Assembly (NCBI GenBank): GCA_001800075.1
Contig: MGUR01000014.1
Location: 18,986 to 50,985, forward strand
Direction of reading: 5' to 3'
Length of the DNA: 32,000 bases
Source of the DNA: Elusimicrobia bacterium RIFCSPLOWO2_01_FULL_59_12
Lineage (GTDB): Bacteria > Elusimicrobiota > Elusimicrobia > 2-01-FULL-59-12
Below, piece after piece: positions 25,982-32,000 of the stretch; position 1 is the first letter of the stretch; each line of letters begins with the position of its first letter. Made by a program: the position numbers and the translations under genes. The notes below the pieces were generated by a model. It saw only the letters and a program-made list of their open reading frames with translations, had not been told where the DNA came from and searched no databases.

Positions 25982-26281
25982 ATGGCTGAAGAACCCAAAC
26001 CGATGTCCCTGGAAGACAAATTAGGCCTGCTGACGTATAAAAACGACCACCAGACCCACATCAAGCTGCTGGACGCCAATGTCTGCCTGAAATGCCCCGA
26101 CAAACCCTGCGCGACGGGGTGCCCGGCGGGCGTGTATGTCTGGGACGAGCCGCAGAAGAAAATCGTGGTGTCCTATGAAAACTGCATCGAGTGCGGCGCG
26201 GCCCGGATGCTCTGCCCGTACAACAATATCGAGTGGCAACCGCCCCGGGGCGGCTTCGGGGTGTCGTACAAATATGGATGA
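25982..26281 (+). CDS. fixX: ferredoxin-like protein FixX
   Basis: 99 aa. The Cys pattern C..CPDKPC...CPAG...CIECGA....CP is typical of FixX. The gene lies directly downstream of fixC. Confidence 0.85.
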   Translation: MAEEPKPMSLEDKLGLLTYKNDHQTHIKLLDANVCLKCPDKPCATGCPAGVYVWDEPQKKIVVSYENCIECGAARMLCPYNNIEWQPPRGGFGVSYKYG

Positions 26282-26378
26282 AAAGGAATAGCAAGGAATA
26301 TCATGGAAGATCACGGAAAAAGATAGTCCCTCCTAGTCCATTCTATTCCTTGATAGTCCCTGTTCTTCCCTGAGATTT

Positions 26379-26669
26379 ATGAGCGAATCCTCCGCAGTTC
26401 CATCGCCACGACCCCCAAAACACTTTACGCCCGCAGAGATTGCGGAGTTGAAAGTCCGCGTGGAAGCCGTGCTGGACAAGATCCGCCCGGCGATCCGGAT
26501 GGACGGCGGAGACGTGGATCTGGTGGATATCACGCCCGATGGCGTCGCGGTGGTCCAGTTGACGGGTCATTGCGAGACCTGTTCGCTCTCGCCGATGACC
26601 ATGAAGCTGGGCGTGGAACGGATGATCGCGGAAGAAGTGCCGGAAATTACCGGAGTGGAATCAGTCTAG
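26379..26669 (+). CDS. NifU C-terminal-domain (Nfu-type) Fe-S cluster scaffold/carrier protein
   Basis: VLDKIRPAIRMDGGDVDLVDI...V.L.G.CETCS.S..T.K.GVE pattern with the CxxC pair. Confidence 0.8.
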   Translation: MSESSAVPSPRPPKHFTPAEIAELKVRVEAVLDKIRPAIRMDGGDVDLVDITPDGVAVVQLTGHCETCSLSPMTMKLGVERMIAEEVPEITGVESV

Positions 26670-26704
26670 CGGCAACGTGATAACGCTTTTCCCTTACCAC
26701 GGTG

Positions 26705-27334
26705 TCACTTTGCCGCGTTGCCCCGGCTGTAGCTCTTAAGCTCCTTCACGTACTGCCCGCCGTCGTACTTAACCTGCCCCACGCCTTCCGCATACCACGC
26801 GTCTTCATCGATCACTTCCTTGCCGCGCTTCTCGTGATAATGCAGTTTGATGCAGTGAAATTTTCCCGCCGGGACGTCGATCTCTTCAAAGCCGACGACT
26901 TCCCCGTCGAAAATAATCGGTTTGTCCACCCACGCCACTTTTAAGCGGCCTTCCCAGTGGACCTTCGTCCCGGGTTGGAGCGGGTAGATGACCCGCGGCA
27001 CGGCCGGCGTAAACCGGGTGAATACCTCAGGCGTGTAGCCTTTGCTGAGTCCCAGTTTGTAGATAAAAATGCCCTTTTCCGACCGGGTCAGGAACTCCCG
27101 CATCTTCCCGCGTTTGTCCTTCTGTGTCAGGATCATTCCGGACTGTCCCTTTTCCTCCCAGGAACCTTCCACAACGACTTTCATCGTAAAGCGGTCTTTT
27201 TTTTCTTTGTTCAGGGTGTCGTATTCCCAGGAAAATCCTTTTTCCAGAGGAAAGTAAGAGTCGCTAGGAGCCTTCTCCGCCCAACCCGATGCGAGAACCC
27301 CGAACATCAGCCCCATCACCACAAGCCGTTTCAT
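26705..27334 (-). CDS. secreted protein, function unknown
   Basis: I place the start at ATG 27334 (MKRLVVMGLMFGVLASGWA|E signal peptide). The 29 extra codons of the ORF-track start (27421) are read from a family-A repeat. TATAAT ends 6 nt upstream of the ATG. Confidence 0.6.
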   Translation of the reverse strand: MKRLVVMGLMFGVLASGWAEKAPSDSYFPLEKGFSWEYDTLNKEKKDRFTMKVVVEGSWEEKGQSGMILTQKDKRGKMREFLTRSEKGIFIYKLGLSKGYTPEVFTRFTPAVPRVIYPLQPGTKVHWEGRLKVAWVDKPIIFDGEVVGFEEIDVPAGKFHCIKLHYHEKRGKEVIDEDAWYAEGVGQVKYDGGQYVKELKSYSRGNAAK

Positions 27335-27358
27335 GGGTGGATTATACCTTCCCAGGTT

Positions 27359-27474
27359 GTCATCCCCGCAAGTCGTTAGCGGGGATCCAGTCCCGGCCGA
27401 CGCTGGATTCCCGCCCTCCACACGACTGGGCGTGCGCGCTGGAAGTGTGGCGTGCGCGCTTTCGCGGGAATGAC
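27359..27474 (+). repeat. family-A palindromic element, expanded form
   Basis: GTCATCCCCGCaagtcgttaGCGGGGATCCAGTcccggccgacGCTGGATTCCCGC-(48 nt containing GGCGTGCGCGCT x2)-GCGGGAATGAC. It lies between divergent genes. Confidence 0.75.
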
Positions 27475-27532
27475 GACTTCATTTGTATCTATAAATAGAT
27501 GCGTTTATTGCTGTAAAAGTTTTGTTACGTCA

Positions 27533-27561
27533 TTGAAACCGGGGGGGTCGGGGGCTAGACT
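27533..27561 (+). promoter_or_regulatory. candidate promoter TTGAAA-N17-TAGACT for the rotor-stator cassette
   Basis: Hexamers and spacer counted directly. The spacer is G-rich (G7 and G4). The -10 element ends 9 nt before ATG 27571 and there is no SD, so the leader is absent or very short. Confidence 0.4.
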
Positions 27562-27570
27562 TGTCACGAA

Positions 27571-29472
27571 ATGAAAACTAGTCCAAAAATAAGGCTGGTT
27601 CTCACTTCAGCCATGTCCCTGTGGCTGGGGGCGGGCGTGATGCTGCCCGCCGCCGAAACGCAATCCCCCGACATGCAGCTCCTGGAGCAGGAATCCAAGT
27701 TTGAGCGTGAAAAAACGCAGTACCTCCAGGATAACGTTCTCGACAAGATCCTTGGGCCGGGCAAGGCGGTCGTGATCGTGGATGTGGAGATGGGGCTGGA
27801 AAGCCGCGCCACCGAGATGGGCATGGGCAAGAGCAAGAGCGACAAGAAGAAGAACGAAAGCGAAGACGGCGGCGGCCCCGTCGCTCCTTCCCGCGTGCTG
27901 GTCCCCGGGGTCCCGATGCCGAGGTCGGTCGCCCAGATCGAGGAAGACCGCGGCGGTTCCATGCAGGAAGCCGGCGGGCAGATGCAGCAGAAAAAGCTGG
28001 ACGTGCGCACCACGATCAAGAAGCTGCTGGTGACGGTCCTTTACGACAAACGCGTGCCGTCGGACAAGCTCCAAGCGGTGAAGCAGGCGATCATCGCGCT
28101 GTTGAAAGTCACCGAGTCTCAGATGGTGTTTACGCCGACGACCTTCACGGAAACGGTCTGGGAGCAGGTCCTCACCCCCAAGTGGATCATTCCGCTCGCG
28201 CTGGCGTTGTGGCTGCTGCTTTTTTTGTGGGGGCCGGTGGCCAGTTTTTTCCGCCGTCTGAACAGGGCGCTTGAAGACAAGACCCAGATGATCACGCAGA
28301 CGACCCAGATGAAGCAGGAGAGCGAATCATCCGAAGAGGCCGAAGCCGAAGGCGAAGGGGGGGGCGGCGGGGGCGGCGGTCTCGGTGAAGGGGGAGAGCT
28401 TCTCGAGGAAGAAAAGAAAGAGGGTGAGGACGAGATGAAAAAATTCGAGCCGTTCAAGTATGTCAACCCGGAAAACTTGAAGCGCCTGGCGTATCTGATC
28501 CGCAAGGAGGAACCCTGGATCATCGCTCTGGTGCTCTCCTACCTCAAACCGGAGTTTGCCAAAGAAGTGCTCGGCTCCATGCCTCCCGAACTCCAGGCGC
28601 GCGTCGCGATCGAAACCGCCACCATCCGGCAAACCTCTCTGGAGCAGGTCATGTCCATCGACGACTACATCAAGAAAAAGATCGATTTTGTCCTCGGCGG
28701 CCTTGAGAATCTGCTGAAGATCATGGACGAAGCCGACAAAACGACCCGGGAGACGATCTTAGAGTATTTGAAGAACGAAAAACCCCAGCTGTACGAGCGG
28801 GTCCGCGAGGAGGTCGTCCTGTTTGAAGATCTGCTCAAGTTCCCCGACGCCGCCATCCAGATCATCGTTCGGGAAGTCGGCACGGAGTCCCTGGCCCGCG
28901 CGTTGAAAGGGGCGTCCCCCGATTACCTGAACAAGTTCTTCCTCAACATGTCGGCGGGCGCGGCCGCCCTCCTGAAGGAGTCCATGGACTATGGCCGTCC
29001 GTTAACGCCCGAACAGATTGACGAAGAGCGCAAGAAGTTGATGGATGCCGTTTCGAAAGCGGAGCGTGACGGGAAAATCAACGTCCGGAAGCGGCGCAAA
29101 ATGAGCATGTTGGAGGGTGAAGAAGCGGTGGAGGACTCCATGTCCTCGGTTCAATTGGGACAGACCAAATCATCCGGGACGCCCGCAACGCCGCAGGGAG
29201 ACCCCCAGCAGGCGGCGGAGCACTTTCAGACAGGGATGGCCTTCTATCAGCAGGGCCAGTACGCCGAGGCCATTCAAAGCTTTCACTATGCCCTCCAGGC
29301 CCAGCCCAATCAGTGGCAGGTTTATCAATACCTGGGAGCGGCCTACTACGCCCAGGGGATGGGGACTCAGGCGATGGGGGCCTACGAGCGGATGCTGGAG
29401 TTGAACCCCAACGACCCCGGCCTGCGCGACTGGGTCAATCAATTGAAGGCGCAGCAGGGGGCCGCCCGGTGA
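27571..29472 (+). CDS. chimeric FliF-like (ring segment) / TM / FliG middle + C-terminal domain / TPR protein
   Basis: Hydrophobic N-terminus. The periplasmic segment has FliF/YscJ-family-like strands (ILGPGKAVVIVDVEM; KKLLVTVLYD). TM helix WIIPLALALWLLLFLWGPVASFF, then an acidic/Gly linker. FliG_M-like EPWIIALVLSYLKPEFAKEVLGSMPPELQARVA and FliG_C-like LFEDLLKFPDAAIQIIVREV..LARALKG....FLNMS.GAAALLKE. C-terminal TPR-like repeats (AFYQQGQYAEAIQSF..AL...P). Confidence 0.8.
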   Translation: MKTSPKIRLVLTSAMSLWLGAGVMLPAAETQSPDMQLLEQESKFEREKTQYLQDNVLDKILGPGKAVVIVDVEMGLESRATEMGMGKSKSDKKKNESEDGGGPVAPSRVLVPGVPMPRSVAQIEEDRGGSMQEAGGQMQQKKLDVRTTIKKLLVTVLYDKRVPSDKLQAVKQAIIALLKVTESQMVFTPTTFTETVWEQVLTPKWIIPLALALWLLLFLWGPVASFFRRLNRALEDKTQMITQTTQMKQESESSEEAEAEGEGGGGGGGGLGEGGELLEEEKKEGEDEMKKFEPFKYVNPENLKRLAYLIRKEEPWIIALVLSYLKPEFAKEVLGSMPPELQARVAIETATIRQTSLEQVMSIDDYIKKKIDFVLGGLENLLKIMDEADKTTRETILEYLKNEKPQLYERVREEVVLFEDLLKFPDAAIQIIVREVGTESLARALKGASPDYLNKFFLNMSAGAAALLKESMDYGRPLTPEQIDEERKKLMDAVSKAERDGKINVRKRRKMSMLEGEEAVEDSMSSVQLGQTKSSGTPATPQGDPQQAAEHFQTGMAFYQQGQYAEAIQSFHYALQAQPNQWQVYQYLGAAYYAQGMGTQAMGAYERMLELNPNDPGLRDWVNQLKAQQGAAR

Positions 29473-29696
29473 TTCGACTGCATCGCTTGAACGGGGCGGA
29501 GATCGTGGTCAATGCGGAACTCATCGAGTCGGTGGAGGGGCTCCCCGACACGGTCATCGCGCTGGCCACCGGCAACCGCCTGATCGTCAGGGAATCTGTC
29601 ACGGGCGTCATTGAACGCATCGTGGAGTACCGCAAAACCGTTTACGCGGGAGCCGCGTACTCCCCTGAGTTGTTGAAAAGAGAGGCCCGCCACTGA
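29469..29696 (+). CDS. flbD: flagellar protein FlbD family
   Basis: VIRLHRLNGAEIVVNAELIESVEGLPDTVIALATGNRLIVRESVTGVIERIVEYRK is colinear with FlbD (MIKLTRLNG.EF.LN..LIE.IEETPDTVI.L.NG.K..VKES..EVI.KI..Y) as I recall it. The GTG start overlaps the upstream stop (GTGA). Confidence 0.78.
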   Translation: MIRLHRLNGAEIVVNAELIESVEGLPDTVIALATGNRLIVRESVTGVIERIVEYRKTVYAGAAYSPELLKREARH

Positions 29697-29744
29697 GTCG
29701 TTGGCGGGTCCGCCGATGCCGTACTGGCGGAAAGGAGAGCGAAC

Positions 29745-29927
29745 ATGTCGCTAACCAACGTCGCAATGCTCGGGATCCTGATGGGGTTGGTATTCCTCGT
29801 TGTGGGGTTCCTCATGGAAGGGCCGCAGGCGGGCGCCGAACCGGCGTGGAACCGGGCCAAGCACGTTCACAAAAAAACGAAAAGGCGCATCGGCCGCGTG
29901 CCGCATTTACACCGTCACGCGGCGTAG
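29745..29927 (+). CDS. 60-aa single-pass membrane protein with a very basic tail, function unknown
   Basis: A good SD (AAAGGAG) lies 8 nt upstream. TM segment VAMLGILMGLVFLVVGFLM, then KHVHKKTKRRIGRVPHLHRHAA. I recognise no homology. Its position inside the flbD-motA interval argues that it is real. Confidence 0.45.
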   Translation: MSLTNVAMLGILMGLVFLVVGFLMEGPQAGAEPAWNRAKHVHKKTKRRIGRVPHLHRHAA

Positions 29928-29943
29928 CGGCCGTTCGTTTAGC

Positions 29944-30013
29944 CGTCACCCCCGCGGACGCGGGGGTCCAGTGGCGTTGACGTCCCTGGATCCGCCAGAC
30001 GTCCGACGGATGA
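29944..30013 (+). repeat. family-A palindromic element, degenerate three-hairpin form (intercistronic)
   Basis: GTCACCCCCGCggacGCGGGGGTCCAGTGgcgttgacgtccCTGGATCCGccagacgtccgaCGGATGAC. It lies between the small membrane protein and motA. Confidence 0.65.
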
Positions 30014-30033
30014 CAAAAATGGAGGAGTTTTAG

Positions 30034-30810
30034 ATGGATATCGCAACGCTCGTAGGGATTGTCGTCGGCATGGGGCTGGTCATCGTCGCGATTCTGCTCG
30101 GGGAAGGGATCGCCGGGTTCAAACCTTTCCTGAACTACGAGGCCTTCCTGATCGTGATGGGAGGGACGTTCTGCGCGCTGCTGGTGAACTATCCCATCGC
30201 CCAGGTCTTCGGCATCTTCAAGGTCTTGAAGAAGGTCCTGACGTCCAGCGGGGAGGACACCTCCGAGATCGTCACCACGTTTGTGAACTTCGCCAAAAAG
30301 GGCCGGACGGAAGGGTTCCTCGCTTTGGAAGGCGACGTCAAACTGGTGAAAAACGATTTCTTGAAGCGCGGCGTCCAGCTGGTGATTGACGGCTCCGACC
30401 AGGAATTCATCCGCAACATGATGGACACCGAACTGGGGTTCATCCGCGAGCGGCATAAAGTGGGACAGGAAATATTCAATTCGCTGGGCACCTACAGTCC
30501 GGCCTTCGGCATCATCGGAACGGTCTTAGGCATGATCCTGATGCTGAACTCCATCTCGGATGTCGAAGAGGTGCCGCGAAAGATGGCGCTGTGCCTGGCG
30601 GCCGCGTTTTTTGGTCTGGGGTCGGGGTACATGTTTTTTCTCCCGATGGCGGGCAAGCTGCGGCGCCGGTCGGAGGAAGAGCTTTTGGTCAAGGAAATCA
30701 TCATCCGGGGCGTCCTGCTGCTGCAAAGCGGGGTCAGCCCCAGCATCATGGAAGCCAATTTAAAAGCTTATCTCGAACCCGCCAAGCGAGCCCTGATTCG
30801 GAGCCAATAA
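30034..30810 (+). CDS. motA: flagellar-type stator protein MotA/PomA
   Basis: 258 aa with four TM segments. Cytoplasmic loop GRTEGFLALE (Arg91/Glu99, matching the spacing of E. coli R90/E98). Conserved prolines in SPAFGIIGTVLGM and FFLPMAGKL. Confidence 0.88.
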   Translation: MDIATLVGIVVGMGLVIVAILLGEGIAGFKPFLNYEAFLIVMGGTFCALLVNYPIAQVFGIFKVLKKVLTSSGEDTSEIVTTFVNFAKKGRTEGFLALEGDVKLVKNDFLKRGVQLVIDGSDQEFIRNMMDTELGFIRERHKVGQEIFNSLGTYSPAFGIIGTVLGMILMLNSISDVEEVPRKMALCLAAAFFGLGSGYMFFLPMAGKLRRRSEEELLVKEIIIRGVLLLQSGVSPSIMEANLKAYLEPAKRALIRSQ

Positions 30811-30814
30811 ACGC

Positions 30815-31615
30815 ATGAAACGCGAAATGATCGATGCCTCAGACCCGCGGGTGACCTTGATCGGCCACCCCGCGCCGGCCTGGCTGGTCAACTACGCGGA
30901 CCTGATGACCGAACTGTCCTGCTTTTTTATCATCCTCTATGCGCTGTCGGCGTCTCTGAACAAGGACGTGCAGAAGGCGAAAAAAGAGGTCGAAGAGACG
31001 ATGAAGCAGGAGCAGGTGCAGGGCCAGGTGAAAGTCGACAAAGAGGGCATGAAAATCACGCTCGAAGAGCAGGGGGAAAACGTTTTCTTCAACAGCGGTT
31101 CGGCCGATCTGTCACCCCGCATGAAGGAGATCATGGCCAAGATCGTGCCCTCGCTCCGCACCCTGGCCAAAGAAAACCACCAGATCATCGTCGAGGGCCA
31201 CACCGATGACGTCCCGATTCATAACCCCCAGTTTCCGTCCAATTGGGAATTATCCACCGCCCGCGCGACCAGCGTCGTGCAGTACATGATCCGAGGGCTG
31301 CAATTCCCGCCGGATCGTTTAGGGGCGATCGGATACGGGCAGTTCCAGCCGGTGGTCCCCAACGATTCCCCCGAAAACCAATCCCGGAACCGCCGCGTCG
31401 TGTTTTTTGTGAAGAACGCCCCTGCGAAATTCAAATCGGAGAAAGAAGCCGCCCGGGAAGAAAACGTGCAGGAACACGCCCCGCCCGCCGCGGAGGATGC
31501 GGCTGGATCCGAAGGCGAATCGGCGCCGCCCCTGCCTGCCGGACAGGCCGGCGCTGAAGAACAAGACGTTTCCAACCCCATCCCGGAAGCGGACAGCCAG
31601 CCCGTCAACGAATAA
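30815..31615 (+). CDS. motB: flagellar-type stator protein MotB (OmpA-like C-terminal domain)
   Basis: N-terminal AWLVNYADLMTELSCFFIILYA contains the conserved channel Asp. OmpA_C block FFNSGSADL...VEGHTDDVPI...SNWELSTARA..V......RL.A.GYG...P...N......NRRV. Acidic low-complexity tail. Confidence 0.88.
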   Translation: MKREMIDASDPRVTLIGHPAPAWLVNYADLMTELSCFFIILYALSASLNKDVQKAKKEVEETMKQEQVQGQVKVDKEGMKITLEEQGENVFFNSGSADLSPRMKEIMAKIVPSLRTLAKENHQIIVEGHTDDVPIHNPQFPSNWELSTARATSVVQYMIRGLQFPPDRLGAIGYGQFQPVVPNDSPENQSRNRRVVFFVKNAPAKFKSEKEAAREENVQEHAPPAAEDAAGSEGESAPPLPAGQAGAEEQDVSNPIPEADSQPVNE

Positions 31616-31635
31616 TTCCTTATGTTACGTGTTAC

Positions 31636-31692
31636 GGTGCCTGGCACACAGCTAAAACCTACGCGTCCGCTGGGACACACGTGCCGGGCACC
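31636..31692. repeat. family-D inverted repeat GGTGCCTGGCAC / GTGCCGGGCACC with a 33-nt loop
   Basis: 12-bp stem including one G.U pair. Each arm is itself the palindrome GTGCC-N-GGCAC. It is preceded by tandem GTTACGT/GTTACG, and the right part is homologous (inverted) to 12370-12395. Confidence 0.55.
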
Positions 31693-32000
31693 TGTGGTAC
31701 ATATAAAAAAGTAGCGGGGTGGAGTCGGACCTAGCATTTCGGCAGGTGCTTAAATGTCCCCCGACCTCCGGCTGATTTCGGGGGTCCGGCGGGGGTAGGA
31801 TCGCGGCCATGGCCCCGCCACCTGCTTCCGAAGGAACCCGGCCGCGGCAGGCGGCCGAAGCGCTGAAAGTCCGGGTCAACGATCCTGCCCGCCCCACCTT
31901 AGACCTCGCCCGCGACCTCCAATCCCACCTGGACGCCTACCCTCAAAGCCAGAAAGAGCTATCTGAAAGCTGGGTGTTCCCCAGAAGCGTCCTTATTTAA

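Noticed and set aside
29313-29468. Upstream extension of the FlbD ORF (ORF-track start 29313)
   Set aside because: The extension overlaps the TPR tail of the preceding gene in another frame and has Gly/Arg/Pro-rich composition. FlbD homology begins exactly at GTG 29469 (VIRLHRLNG...), which overlaps the upstream stop.
3431-30013. Whether the repeated GTCATTCCCGC...GCGGGAATGAC elements form a CRISPR array
   Set aside because: The copies are kilobases apart, each is internally palindromic and variable in length, and they are separated by ordinary genes. There is no regular repeat-spacer periodicity and there are no cas genes.
30034-31615. Possibility that motA/motB are ZorA/ZorB of a Zorya anti-phage system
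   Set aside because: ZorA proteins carry a very long C-terminal tail, whereas this MotA is a standard 258-aa four-TM stator protein. No ZorC/ZorD-like (helicase/nuclease) genes follow. The flbD and FliG-like neighbours point to a flagellar-type motor context instead.
31640-31660. TGGCAC within GGTGCCTGGCACACAGCTAAAA as a sigma54 -24/-12 promoter
   Set aside because: The -12 element (TTGC about 5 nt downstream) is absent. The TGGCAC is better explained as half of the GTGCCNGGCAC palindrome, which recurs three times.
31809-32000. 63-aa + strand ORF at the window end (and the overlapping 81-aa minus-strand ORF 31652-31897)
   Set aside because: Neither has a recognisable motif, SD or promoter. 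The two overlap each other in a repeat-rich region. This remains unresolved, so I do not call a gene here.
1-32000. tRNA, rRNA, IS elements, integrases, prophage or toxin-antitoxin modules
   Set aside because: I scanned the intergenic regions, all under 240 nt, and the ORF translations. I saw no tRNA-like T-arm/acceptor pattern, no rRNA-like sequence, and no transposase, integrase or phage structural signatures.

Overview
Visibly GC-rich, gene-dense bacterial chromosomal segment. I call 31 CDS, 29 of them on the + strand. I recognise no rRNA, tRNA, CRISPR array, IS element, integrase or prophage genes. Housekeeping genes: glyQ (5'-truncated by the window edge), glyS, mdh, coaX, typA, cspA, an SF1 helicase and a NifU-like protein. 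Functional clusters: (i) a PilB/GspE-type ATPase translationally coupled to a zinc-ribbon/GAF/HD-GYP protein; (ii) a three-gene operon (saccharopine-dehydrogenase family, aldehyde dehydrogenase, DUF1338) that looks like a lysine to 2-oxoadipate to 2-hydroxyglutarate route; (iii) a Rieske / fused cytochrome b / pentahaem c / monohaem c respiratory operon followed by fixC-fixX. (iv) The most unusual locus is a compact rotor-stator cassette at 27.5-31.6 kb. Its first gene encodes one polypeptide with a FliF-like periplasmic ring segment, a TM helix, FliG middle and C domains and a TPR tail. It is followed by flbD, a tiny basic membrane protein, motA and motB, with no other flagellar genes visible. 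The non-coding DNA holds at least four families of palindromic repeats. The main one (core GTCATTCCCGC-GAAA-GCGGGAATCCAG) occurs 7 times, always intergenic or intercistronic, and all five orientable copies face the same way. Several first-in-operon genes have TTGACC-N17-TAGAC(T/A)-type promoters only 6-11 nt from the start codon, which suggests leaderless mRNAs. All functional calls come from reading the translated ORFs and motifs by eye. No database search was possible.
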